DNA of 64,000 nucleotides from Lama glama (taxonomy: Eukaryota), in assembly GCA_028534125.1 (NCBI GenBank), contig CM052816.1, forward strand, positions 80,230,001-80,294,000. Reading direction: 5' to 3'. The notes under the pieces were generated by a model. It saw only the letters and a list, made by a program, of their open reading frames with translations. It had not been told where the DNA came from and made no database searches. The position numbers and the translations under genes were made by a program. Below are positions 49,701-62,368 of the stretch, piece by piece; the first letter of the stretch is position 1, and every line of letters starts with the position of its first letter.

Positions 49701-52700
49701 CCAGGCCCATCACTCCCCGCCCTCTGCTGCTTCTGGGCCTTGTGACACTGCCTAATGAATACATTCACACTGTGCCTTGAGCTTTGTGTTCCTCTCCGAG
49801 GGATTTCAGTAGGAGTGGTGTGTGACTGATCTCTACCTCCAGGCCTGGGCCTGGCTCGACAGGCCAGGTGGGAGCAGGGCCTTGTTTCTACCCGCTGCAG
49901 TCCGGGCACAAGGCTAGGTGCTTTGCATACGTCTGTCCTCCTCTGACCTTCACGGCTCCCTTAAGGAGGGACGCCCACTCCCGCTTGGTACTAGAAGACT
50001 CCGAGACTCAAGGAGGCTTACTACCTTCTCAAACAGGTGGCTGGAACAGGTTAGACACACCGCCTCTGAGCAGTTTGACTCCCTCGCGGGCATGAAAGCC
50101 CAGAATTAGTCACTGCCCTTTCCTGCCCTCCGAGCATGGCCCTTGGTCCGACAGGAAAGAACTAAGAACAAGCCTGAGGCCTTGGGAGTTTGAAGGGAAT
50201 TTAAGGCTAAATACTTACTACATAATAATCTGAATAATTTACTAATAACATGTGATTTCTTATTTATAGTCCAATATCAGTAAAAGATAATTGCTGCTTT
50301 CATCAGACTGCGTCTGATCAGAATGACGTGATGATTAGGAAGACAGTAGGGTCTTAGTGTATGTGAAAATGTTGTAAACTTTGTTTAAGGTTCACATTCA
50401 CGTTAGGGCACAGTGAGTGCTGGCTGAAAACTAAAGGTCAAGTGGATCAGTAAAGGCTCATATTCATTACCTCCCCATCTCTGGGGGCCCTTGTGATACA
50501 AACAGCTATAAAAGCTGATTAGAGGGGAACAGATACCTTATTCTTTTAAGCCAGTAGTTTTCAGTTGACTTGAGCTGCAGAATCCTTAACCCAGGCGTGC
50601 CGGTGAGGACCTGGAGTCGTCTCTTCATCATACTGTTCCCTTGGAAACAGTGGAATGTGGGGGGTGATTTTGCTGTGTTTACCCCTGATCTGGGGCAGCG
50701 CATCCGACCCGGGGGGCCGTGTGTTGGCATGCAGACCATTGGTCCACGTGAGGAGAATAGTGTAAAAGGTCGGGGAACCGAGGCTGCAGTTTCCCTGTGT
50801 CAAGGGTTCGCGTCTGTGGCGGCAAACACTACCCATGGGTGAGGCAGCAAGAGAAGCGTGTGCCGGGCAGCCTCGTGGAGAGGTGAGGATTACACTGCTG
50901 TGTCCCTGTCGTGTATCCTCCTGTGGCACCAAGTAAAGGTAGGATTAGATGAGAGTGCTTTTGCACCCTGAGTGAGCCAAACTAGACCTGTGATGCCGTG
51001 AGGGCATCTTTTTTAAACAGACTCATCAGTACATCCATTGTATAAAAGAGGTTATATCTTTGTGTGTGTGTGTGTGAACATGGGGATCCTCTAAGATCTA
51101 CGTAACCCTGTTTCAGAAAAAGCAACACCATAGGCCACTTACACAAACTCCACTATTCAGTGACAACGGATGTCAGACGCACAAATTCAAGTGTGTGTGA
51201 GCTTTCAACTTAAAAGGGAACGTTGGGATGTACATAAAGATATATTTTGTATTTGTTTCACAGCCAGTGAGAAATTCCATGCGCACAGTTGGAATGGGGT
51301 CCCTCTGTTTGTAACCTCAGAGACAAGGATAATTTGATAGCCTTCTCCCTGGGATGCTGGAACTGTTAGGATCATAAAGCCATAAAGATAGGGAAGTGTG
51401 TTCTTTACATGGCCCAGGGCATCCAGCCTAGAGATAATCATATCTGAGGATGCGAATCCATTCCTGTTACTTCAGGACTCAGTGAGAGTTGGCATTCCCA
51501 AACTAGTTTGTACTCAGAAAGCGCATATACCTGCCACCCATATTATGTTTATTTTGTACCTTTTTAGTGATTATTAAAATTAAGATATATTAAATACTCA
51601 AATTTGTTTTCTTAGGCTTGGAGTCAAACAAAATTTAACTGTCATGTGACTTACCTTTAAAATGTGATACGCTTCATATATCTGTGTGTATGTGTTTATA
51701 GGTATTGAGATCAGGTGATGGATTTTTAAAAACGTTTTTGCTTTATTTTCAACTTTTTTATTCTGATGGTTTTTAATATATGTAAAATTAAAAAGCATAT
51801 ATACTGAATATCCATGTACCCTCACTTAGCTTCAAAAATTATCATTTTGCCAATCTTACTTGAAAAGAAGAACAAAAATCATTCTTTTAAGTCTTTGCTG
51901 AGTAGTATTTCCTGAGCTGAAAAGTGCAGAAACTCACTCTGCCATAGGCCTGCTCTAACTCACCCTATCAAAATAGTAAGGAAGTTGTATAATTAGATGC
52001 AGTCTTCCTATATTTAAGATAAGCATTTTGACACGAGTGTTTTTCAAAAGCCCAACCAGAAATCAATCATGCTTTTCATAGTCAAATTATCTGGATTCCT
52101 ACTGTATTCTGTTTCTTCAAAGGTGGAGGGAACAGCATATCTAGGGTCTTTTCTTTGGAAAGCCCTGGGACTGTGGAGCCAGCCTCGCGGGCAGAACCTG
52201 TTAGATGGGGGAGCGCCTTTCTACACAACCTACAGGACGGCCGACGGGGGGTTCATGGCTGTTGGAGCAATAGAGCCCCAGTTCTATGAGCTGCTCATCA
52301 AGGGTGAGTGACTGTCACCTACTCTTTTCTGCAGAAGCTTTTTAGCCTCTGTTTTGAGGCCTGTTGAAATTCATGATGTCTTTTATTAAATGTCCCATTA
52401 TAGCCATCATTATATTGTGGGGCCCTTCCCCCGTCTTTTAAATTGGTGAGTAATTTTTCCAGTCTCTAAAATAACTCAGATTAAAAAACAGTCCCTTTTG
52501 TGGGAGTTCGATGTCTTTATTACATTTCACACTCAGTAGTGTTGGATATTTATGTCTCCCTTGTGTGCCCACATCTTACCCCTCCCTGGAGATGATCTGC
52601 TGGCTCTACCAGTTTTGGTTCCTTGCTAGATGTCCCTCATGGTGCTTCAGTGACAGAGGGGTCACCAGAGCACAGAGACACTTTGGGGAATGACATCTTG

Positions 52701-55700
52701 TTGGAATATGTTACCATTATTTGATGCTTCCACAGTTTACCTTTCTCGACATGTTGCCAAAAGTTAGGAAAATTTGGAATCTCTTCTTCCCTGATGAAAT
52801 AATTGGACTGAAGTTATTTGGGTCCTGTGAAAGTTTGAATTTAAAAGTTTACAGATAATTCAGTATCTGAGAAGTTTTAAAATATACTTTGAAATGGTGT
52901 GACCAGCTGGTTGCAGCTCATTTATCTTTCAGCTTTAAGTTTAGAGTTCTTTTGTTCTGTTTGGTAGCTTTTCAGATGCAAAATGCTACTCAGAGTTAAT
53001 TTGTACATAGCTGAAATGATTATTTTTGCAAGCGTTAGAAAGCATGTTATGATCAGCTGTATTAACTTCACCAATTTAAATATAGTTGGAAGAGCTGTAG
53101 AACAGAATGATTTATCTAGATCATATTTTTATTTTGTTTTGTTTTGTTTTGTTTTTGGTCCTGAAATTAAAACGAAGACTAGAAGTCTTAATTCAAAATT
53201 CTGGACAGAACAGTGCTGCACGAGGGGCTGAGGGCTGGGAGCAACACCCCCTTGCTGGTGGTACAGGGCCCTGGGAAGGAGCTGGGACATACTCAGTGGG
53301 GTTTGCACCTTACACAAATCTTGTGGTTTTGTCCATAGAGAATTTAAATATAGTAATAAAGTTGGCTAATCGTCAGTTGAATTTTATTATAACCATGCAT
53401 CAGGCAATTCTAAATGACAGTTGAAACTAACTTTTTTTTTTTTGATAAATATTTCAGGAATAGGGCAGTGTGAGCTCTGCGTCAGATCAAATAAAGACAA
53501 CCCCTGAGGATGGAGATTTCCAGGGGGCTGTCAGACAGGCCAAACAGTGGTAGTTCACTGGGGATGGGATGTGGGGGGAGCTCCATCCTTATTTTGCCCC
53601 CTCCTCCTTGGCTGTTGATCCTACTGGTTTTCACAGCCACTGCAGTTGAGAGCCTGTGGGCTACCACAGAGCTGAGAGAGGGATGAGATTAGCACCGAGG
53701 CTCACTGCTCTTACTAAGATTTTTTCTTGAATATGCTCCTGAAATTGTTGTAGGCTTTTAGTTCATCCTATTTCTAGAATGATGAAAAAGTTGATCCTGC
53801 CAATTTGTGCTAGTGTTCTTGTTGCTTTTATACATGAGCAGATTTTTGAAGGTCTCTGTTCTGCCATTTCAGAAGTTAACTCCTCTCTGTCATATGTCTG
53901 GTTTTTTTTTTTTTAAAAAACATGTGTGTTTAGAATGATCATTTCTAACATCCACACTCCACTTTGATGAATGAGCTTTTCTGGAAGTACTGAAAGCGAA
54001 ACAAGACGTTTTTCTAACAGGCTGATTGCCCCAGCACCTTGACTTCTGATCATCTTCTCCTGGGTTTTCTCTTTCTGAGTCTAAACTCTGTAACCCCTCA
54101 AGTTTTTTTTTTTTTTTACAGCCCCCTCTCTTTGCAGCCACAGCCTTCTGAGATATCCCTAACCTTCTCTCCTCCCCAGGTTCACTGAAGATCCTTAGCT
54201 GGCAGGTGGCTTGTGCTGTAAGTCAGCTTAGCATGTCAATTCAGCTTTTTCTTAATCCACGTAGTCTGTGCCAGAATGCCTCAGCATATTCTTTCTTTTA
54301 CAATACTTATTTGCAAAAATATACTTTTACTAGTCACATATACATAATTTCTCTCCCAGGCCTCATCAGACAAACCCCCACATCTGTAATGACTTTTTTG
54401 AGGTAGTATTAATTTATTATTTCTTTGACCTTATGTGTTGAGATCTTTGAGACCATACCTTCATTTAGCGCTCATTATCTGAAGACAAGGTTTTTGTAAA
54501 GTGCAGACTCCACAATGCTGTGTCCCTGCTGCTTTATAGGCCAAAGAAATGTAAAAACAGAGAATTTCATGACATCTTGAGGCTCTTGTTGTAAATCAGA
54601 TAAGCAATAGAGAATGTTTGGAAGTTGTTTTAAAATTTCAAAATATTATTAAAAGAAAACCTGAAAATAACAAGTGTTGGTGAGGATGTGGAGAAACTGG
54701 AACCCTATGTATTACCGGTGAGAATGTAAAATTGTACAGCCACTGTGGAAGAAGGTGTGGTGGTTCCTCACAAAATTAAACATAGAATTACCATATGATC
54801 CAGCAATTCCACTTCTGGGTATATATCCAAATGCATTGAAAGCAGGAACTTGAACAGATATTTGCATATCCGTGTTCATAGAGTTATTTACAATAGCTAA
54901 AAGGTGGAAGCAACCCACGTGACCATCAGCAGATGAATAGATAAATAAAATGTGTTTTTCATTTATATACATATATATGCATATATAGATATATGAAACA
55001 ATGAAACATTAGCCTTAAGAAGGAAATTCTGGCATATGTTAAGCATGGATGAATTTGAAGATGTTACGCTAAGTGAAATGATCTTGTCACAAAAGGACAA
55101 ATATTTTATGATTCCGTTCATATGAGGTACCTAGAGTGGTCAGATTCATAGACAAAAAGTAGAATGATGGTTGTCAGGGGCTGGGAGAAGCAGGGAATGA
55201 GGAGCTAGTGTTTGATGGGTACCGAGTTTCAATTTGGGAACATGAATAGTTCTGGAGATGGATGGTGCTAATGGTTCCAGAACAATATGAATGTACATAA
55301 TGCCATAGTGCTGTATTCTTAATGATGACTAAAATGGTAAATTTTACCACAATTTTTAAAAATGAAAAAAATTCAAAATAATGTGCTTTTTAGAAAAAAA
55401 ATGTGAACAATAGTTTGTAAAGTGAGAGACAAAAATTCTCCCTTGTCTTTCCACTTTGGGGACATTTGAGATGTGGCCTTCAAGAATTTTTCTGGTACAT
55501 ATACAAACACAATTAAATTTTTTTTATAATTTATAAATAATTTACATGATTATATAATTTTACAATTCATAGCTATCTCTTTTTTATTCAAAGAATAGCA
55601 GACATCCTTTTTCGTCAACCCTAAAGATCTTCAGGCTCCCTCTTTTAATATAGCAGCCATGTCATACTCTATTCTATACCTGTCCTAAAATTTATTTAAC

Positions 55701-58700
55701 CATTTCCTTATTCAAGTTTATTTACATTTTTCCAGTTTTTCACTATAACAAATAATGCTTATTATTTATTAATTATTAATAAACATTAATCTTTATATAT
55801 ATCATTGCATACTTATGGGATGCATTTTTGACTGCTTAATATGTGCGTAATATTGTTACAGAGCAGTAAGTTTATGACATGTACTGAAAAACAATAACTA
55901 TTTTATGTAATTATGTGTGTACATATACATGTTTGTATAATGTAGTTTTTTTGGACATCAGAACATACTTTCCCAAGTTTTAAGTGGTATCTGAGTCCCC
56001 AGGCCAGTTTCTGGAAGTCAGTGGACTCACAATATCAGAAATTTAATATTAATTATACTGTAAAAACTAGCCACAATCTATAATTGTGTTCCGTGGGGGA
56101 GCGGATCCTCTGTATAGGAAGGTCAAGGGCATGGGAAACAGCCCACCCGAACCTCTGGTAGTTCATCCTGTGGCCTTGATGGGAAACTGTGTGCTGAGCA
56201 AGGCTGGCAGGGCAGTGGGAGAGCTGGCGTGTCAGAGTCAGGGGTGGAACTTAGGGTCTTTTGGTGGCTAGTGTTTTTCCAGTATACAAACTATGACCTG
56301 TGGAATCTCGAGTATAATGTTTGTTAGAGAACTGTTGGCTTCAGTTTTAAATGTTTCTCGCTCCCCAGCAGACAAGGCTGTCAGGAAAGAATTTGTTTTG
56401 GAGGAGGAAAGGGTAGGGTGGTAATTATATGTATATGTATACACACACACACACACACTTTTTTTTTTTAACAGTTGCTAAGGATTGAACCCACGACTTT
56501 GTGCATGCTAAGCACACACTCTACCGTTGAACTATGCCCTCGCACCTTGGCTTCAGCTTTATTTAGTGTTATGATTCTGATCACATTCTGATTTTTTTGA
56601 AAAACTGTTTAAAAAAGCATGAAAAGATGTTTCCAGCAGTAGCTATGATCTACATCACTACTTTTGGCTAACTGCTCATTTTATGTGTTTTTCAGTCACA
56701 GAGTTTGGGCAATCAGGAGAGAGAAAGCAAAGTGAAACACATCCTTAGAAACATTTCTTTGTAGATGACAGTGATCACCCTGAAACAATAGCTCTGTATC
56801 TTCCCTGGTATTTGAATGAGACAAGTGGCTACAGAGAAAAATGTACTTATATATCCCACAGGTGTTTTTTCACAACTATCCCGAACTACATGAGTTCTCC
56901 TTATTTCCTTATATCCCCCAAACCCAAAGAAAAGCCTGCAGTATTCATGTCTTCTTACCTCTGTAGGTAAGCTTATATTAAGCTTATTATAAGCTACTCT
57001 GCATCTTCAGAGTAGCTTATAATATGTTTTTCAGAATAGTAGATGAGGAAAGGGTGATGAAAGAGAATTATTTAATTAACTTGGCTAAACATGCAAAATA
57101 TTATACTTGGCTAAATTTATGCAAAGTTTAAATTCAGAAACCCTCTTATGCATGAGGAAATAAAAATGACAGTTACACCAAACCCCAGCAAAGTGGCCCT
57201 TTAGATATAATTTAATCAGAACTGGCGTTCAGGTGTTTCTGCAAGGGTAGGTGCTTATAGTCAATAAAGGAAGCCCAGATCGGTCATAGGTCAGAGAAGC
57301 CATCCTTCCTGGGAAATCCCATGTGGATGCTTTCATCCTCTCTGCACCCTATGTTGATGAGTCCCTTCAAGGCTCTTTATACTTGAGAGAAAAAAATCTG
57401 CCTGTCCCCTATTAATTGGCTGGCCGATTCCTTTCTGTCCTGTTTGTTATAGGAACAATTTACATGTGTCTTTGGTTACTTTACAAGTCCTTTGTTCCTA
57501 GTTGACAGCAAGGTTGTAAGAAAGCAAAGAGGCAAATACCACTGCTCTACTAGAGCTCCTCTGTTGGACAAAAATAAAAGAGAAATGAATATTATGTATA
57601 AAATTGCAATCTTGAATTTAATTATTTATCTTTAGGCTTCCTCGAAAACAGAATAGAGGCATACATTGGAGACTTTGTGGTTTGGATTCTGACTACCTCA
57701 ATAAAACAGCTATTGCAATAAAGCGAGTCACATGAATTTTTTGGTTTCCCAGTGCATATAAAAACTATGTTTATATTGTAGTCTATTGAGTATGCAATAA
57801 GACTGTCTAAAAAGACAACATACATACCTTAATCAAAAAATCGTTTTATTGCTGAAAATACTAACCATCATTTGAACCTTCAGTGAGTTGTAATCTTTTT
57901 GCCAGTGGAGTGTTTGAAATATTGTGAGAATTACAAAATGTGACACAGAAACATGCTGTTGGAAAAATGGCACCGACAGAATCGGTCCACACAGGTTTGT
58001 GGCACAAACCTTCAATTTGTAAAAATTCATAATCTGTGAAGTGCAAGAAAGTGAAGCACAGTAAAACGAGGTGTACCTGCAGTGATACGCAAATTCGTTT
58101 AGAATTTTAGCTTTTGCAGGATCTGGGAACACTATGAAATACGGTGTTATTTTAATTCAGTGTGACAGATAATAACATCATGAGAAAATTTATTTTTGAA
58201 AACCTACTCAGAGTAAAGAAATCGGTTTCTGGAAACTGGACCCTTAAAAATAGACTAACTTTTGATGAAAGGTAAATAATGAAAGCTTGGCAAAGACTTG
58301 GAAAGTGTGTTTGAGTCCTTCTGTCCCTACTACCTTCTCCAGCCTTTGGCTCTAACTTCAAGTTGGGTTTGAATTTCTTCTCTTGACCCACTGGAGAAAC
58401 TCCTCTAGAACATCTCATTTGGGAGCATACGGTGAGTTCAACATTCAGTTGTAATTGACTATAGTCACTCCACCCAAAGCACACTAATTTAAGAAACTGT
58501 GTTTTTCTCTCAGGACTTGGGCTAAAGCCTGATGAACTTCCCCATCAGATGAGCACAACTGATTGGCCAGAAATGAAGAAGAAATTTGCAGATGTATTTG
58601 CAAAGAAGACAAAGGCAGAGTGGTGTCAGATCTTTGATGGCACAGATGCATGTGTGACTCCTGTTCTGACTTTTGAAGAGGTTACCCATCATGGTCACAA

Positions 58701-58923
58701 CCAAGATCGGGGCTCATTTATGACTGATAGTGAGCAGGGCGTGAGTCCCCGCCCCGCACCTCTGTTGTCCAATACCCCAGCTATCCCTTCTTCCAAAAGG
58801 GATCCTTTTGTAGGAGAACACACTGAAGAGGTACTTCAAGAGTTTGGGTTCAGTGAAGAAGAGATCAATCAGCTTAAGTCCGATAAAATTATTGAAAGTA
58901 ATAAACTAAGAGCTAATCTCTAA
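43408..58923 (+). CDS. AMACR: Alpha-methylacyl-CoA racemase (CoA-transferase family III fold); join(43408-43654,45759-45902,46901-47061,52123-52303,58514-58923)
   Basis: 247+144+161+181+410=1143 nt, 380 aa + TAA; GT-AG introns. Motifs GHDINY (catalytic His), NLLADF (catalytic Asp), AIEPQFY; C-terminal RANL. Confidence 0.98.
44230..44695. mobile_element. L2 fragments
   Basis: Degenerate L2-like sequence ending ggcactaaacatttggtgaatgaaatgaatg. Confidence 0.5.
45759..45902 (+). CDS. AMACR: AMACR exon 2
   Basis: ctcttaag|[52 protein letters not shown]|gtatgt. Confidence 0.97.
46901..47061 (+). CDS. AMACR: AMACR exon 3
   Basis: poly-T...atgtag|[58 protein letters not shown]|gtaagt. Confidence 0.97.
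48018..48150 (+). mobile_element. MIR
   Basis: cccagctctgc...gtaagttactgagcttc...cctcagtttcctt.tttgtaaatggagataa. Confidence 0.75.
48182..49081 (-). mobile_element. Solo LTR, ERV2/betaretrovirus-like, 900 bp
   Basis: TGTGGG...CCCACA termini; perfect 6-bp TSD ACAGCT (48176-48181, 49082-49087); minus-strand TATAAAT (48439-48445) and AATAAA (48319-48324). Confidence 0.85.
49162..49508 (+). mobile_element. L1 3' end with poly-A
   Basis: acaaaacagaaacagactcacagacatagaaaa...actgtatagcacagggaactatatt...poly-A. Confidence 0.9.
52123..52303 (+). CDS. AMACR: AMACR exon 4
   Basis: ttcttcaaag|[67 protein letters not shown]|gtgagt; 181 nt. Confidence 0.97.
54650..55375 (+). mobile_element. L1MA/MB-like 3' portion
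   Basis: aacaagtgttggtgaggatgtggagaaa...gaattaccatatgatccagcaattccacttctggg...ggagatggatggtg. Confidence 0.85.
56396..56546 (-). mobile_element. tRNA-derived SINE (camelid type) with (CA)n expansion in the linker
   Basis: ggattgaaccc..gact.tgtgcatgctaagcacacactctacc..tgaactat.ccct. Confidence 0.8.
57656..58079 (-). mobile_element. Internally deleted Tigger1 derivative (Tigger1a-like)
   Basis: Both Tigger1 ends present: .aggcatac.t.ggaga...gcaataaagcgagtcac and caaaccttcaatttgtaaaaa...taaaacgaggtgtacctg. Confidence 0.85.
58514..58923 (+). CDS. AMACR: AMACR exon 5 coding part
   Basis: tttctctcag|[27 protein letters not shown]...[11 protein letters not shown]. Confidence 0.97.
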
Positions 58924-59250
58924 GTTCAAGCTGCACAATTCAAGTGAATCTGAATATTGCATTTATAGTTTAGAATAGTATTAAAAAATTTTATGCCTGG
59001 AAATGTGAAAACACAGTATCACAGTGGTCTAGCTATTCTAATCAGGTAACAAGACTGATTATAGAGTAATGATTGAATTTGAAAATGATTAACATCATGG
59101 TTTTTGGTTTAGGAATATTTTTAGTTTACCTGTACTAAATTGTGGCAGTTTTTCTGCCTTCCAAATTACTTAGTAGGTTATATTTGTTGATTTAAAATAC
59201 TTACATGTTCATAATATACTTTAAATGAATTAATATAATGCTTTTTATTA

Positions 59251-59256
59251 AATAAA
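59251..59256 (+). terminator. Candidate AMACR polyadenylation signal
   Basis: AATAAA about 330 nt after the stop, with an upstream AT-rich tract and downstream T/GT-rich element. Confidence 0.65.
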
Positions 59257-60737
59257 GCTTTTTTTCCCCGTGAAGTTTACTTGTCCTTTTATGTTTGTGG
59301 AAAGCTTTCAAGAGAGTTCTTTAAACATCACCAGAATAGCCTTTTGTTACTGAAATATTTTAGGCTCTCCTGTTAACCAGAATGAACATTCTTAGATAGA
59401 AAAGCTGATCCTTTTAATTGATAAGGAAATCTTTCAGCCAGTGTCTTTGAACTGGCATTTTAGAAAATGTTCTTGAGGTTCCCTTTAGGTAACCACCGCT
59501 CCTCCACTTGGACCACTCGGCTGAGAGTCCTACTCCTGTGTAGCTTCCTGTTAGCATCACCCAAATGTGTCTCTTTCTCAGTAAATTGCACCATCATCCA
59601 TTTGAAAGTCTTACTAGACTTCTTTTACCAGTCTCTGCTCTCACTCCCATCCTGCCTCTCCCTGTCCCCAGGAGGTCCCACAGCTTACCCCTCACTTCAT
59701 TTGGCCACTGCTCAAGTGTCCCTGACCCCTGTTTCAAATAGCAGCTGCCTTTTCACCCACTCTCCCCTCGCCGTATTTCATTTTCCTTCACACAGCTTAT
59801 CAGTGTTGACGTTAATTCTGATTAAGGCCAGCCCTCACTCTGTCTTAAGCAGTGCACACTAGAGTGGAAGCTTTATGAAGGACTTTGTAGGTTTCATTCA
59901 TTGCTAAAGTCCCCAGTTTCTAGACTAGTGCCTGGCCATTGCCTGGCCCATATTGGAAACTTTGTGAATATTGATTAAAGGAATGAATGTCAGTACAGAT
60001 ATTCAGAGCTCCCGTATCCACGCCTCTGCCCTCCTCCCACTGCTGCTTTCATCCAGACCCCTGTTTCCTCTTCCCTGGACTACTGCTCAGCCTTCCTTCC
60101 TGACTTTTCACCTCTAGTATCACTGCCTTCATTATTTTTTTTTCTGTTGTGCTATTTTGGAATCTTTTTGACACCAGACTCATCTTTTCAGTCCTGTAAA
60201 ATTCTCCAGTGGTCTTCTTTTTTCCCTATTGAACTAAACATAAATTCATTTGCATAATATATATCAACCTTTTATTTAGAATAAGACTTCTACGTAGCTG
60301 TCCAGTCCCATCCCTCCCCTCACCCCACCCCCTGCTCCCCAGCACTTCATGTTGGGCTGCCTGAAGTTTCTAGTAAGCTATGGTCTCTCTTGATTCCATT
60401 CCTTTCCATATTCTGCAGCATTTTCCAGGACTAAAGTACTCCTGACCCCTTTTGCTGCAGCTTGTTGATCAAGCAGACTCAGACTTGGCTCACATACAGC
60501 CTTCTCTGTGACACTTTCTGCGTTTCTCAGCCCTAGGGCAGTTTTGTACAATGATTATGAACTTTGAAGTCAGAAAGCCCTTGGGTTCAAGTCTAACTCT
60601 GTCGTTGTGATGTCTAAGACAGTGCCTGGAACATCCTCAGTGCTCAGTAACTGTTAGCTCCTATTCTGAGGGGCCCTTTCTATGTTCTTATTGTACTTTG
60701 CATGTATCTCCAAGGATAGTAATTGCTTTTAGTGTAA

Positions 60738-60910
60738 TTTACATAACTTTTCCAATCATCTGGGCATACTATTAAAACACAGATTCCAGGGCTCCACCCT
60801 AGAGATTTTAATGTGGTGGGTGCAGGATGGGGCCCATGAATTTGCGTTTCTACCAAGCTTCCAGGTGAATATAATGCTTCCCGTTCAGACCACACTTTGA
60901 ATATCACTGT
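60738..60910. mobile_element. MER5A-like MITE
   Basis: aaaacacagattcc.gggctccacc...ttccaggtga...cagaccacactttga..atcactg. Confidence 0.7.
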
Positions 60911-62368
60911 CTTAGTGGACATGAACCAAGTCTTTCTGCCTTTGTTCCATCACAATAGGTGCTCAGAAAAGTACCTGTTGAGGAGACTGGTAAGGGAAAG
61001 AATAAAAGTGAATTGGCAAAAACTCAACAAACAGAGGAACTAGCTTGGAATATCGATTTTTGTGGCTGACTTCATCCAAAATGTTTGAAAAACTGGCTGT
61101 GAACTTTTAAAGAAAGGTGTGTAAATAAGGTTAGCAGCTTTTGTTAATGACTCATGTTTTTCTTCTGAAAAATCTGAGACTGCAGGAAATGCTACTCTTC
61201 CTCTTTTTTTCACCTATCTTTAGAGAAACTAGATTTAGAAGTAGGCGAAGGGGCAGGTAAGGAGAAAATAGAAAGCTTTAAGAGGAATGGAAGAGAAGCA
61301 GGCAGTTGAAGATAGCTAATTCTAGTGAAAGAGGGATTATATTCATGAAAACATTGGAATTATGTTCTTGATAGTCACTTGATATACATTTATTTGCACT
61401 GTCTTGATCCTACAATGTAGGAAGTGATGAGATACTACAAATGAGATGTGATAAATGCGACAGTTCTTAAGGAACGAGGTGACTGGTTGCAGCCAGGCCT
61501 CCTATCCCTGTGTTCATGTCTTCTGTCTAAGCACATTCCAGGTTTTAGTCACAATCACTTTGTGTTTTATAAATTTGCAAAATAATTTACCTGTACCAAA
61601 TCAGGATGGCTTAAACGGCAAGTAGCAGTATCCAAAACAAGAGGGAAATGTTTTGGCTCACATACGTAGAGTCCAGAAAGGCTGAGTTTTAGGGTGCCTG
61701 AATCTGGTCTCTTAGACCCTGTTTCCCTGCGTTTTCCTGGCTCTGCCAACTTGCCATCCTCTCTGTGTTTGCTTTATCCTTTACCTGGTAGCAATATCTG
61801 GCTCTCATTTCCACACACAGCAATATCAAGAAGAAGAGAGAATTTCAAGAGCTTTCAGCAAAACTTGCCTTGTGTCTCCTTGGATCAAGTTAAGTCACAA
61901 GCTGGCCCTATACCAGTCTTTGGCAGAGAAGGTAGAATTATCTTAGATAAAGCCAGCCTACTCCTGGAGCTCCCCTGGACTCAGCTTCCTGGAAGCATAT
62001 GGGTGTGTGAGGGAGGGGTGGAATCTGGAAGCTAGTCCAGGTTTCATTAGGATGGGCGGAGTGGAGAATGAAGGTTACATCTGTTATATACAATATCTCA
62101 ATTGCTGTTCAAACAATCACAACGGGAAAGAAGGTAGGGGTGGTTACTCCATTTTACAGATGAAGACTGAAGGCTCAGATGGTCCTAAATCTTCGTAGTT
62201 CACATCTCCCTTAGTGTCTCAGTAATTTTTTCATGGTGCCCCTTGGGCCAAAAAATACCTAACCATTTCATTTATAAGTAAGTCTCAGCAATGTAGGTAT
62301 TTATGTCCTAACAACTTATTAGCTGATTGAAAAATATAATGCAATGAAAGAAGAATTTTTTATTTCAT

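Noticed and set aside
58924..62368. Fumarate-hydratase-like alternative AMACR terminal exon reported in human
   Set aside because: No FH-like translation recognised in the ORF track or by eye; a tblastn would be needed to exclude it fully.
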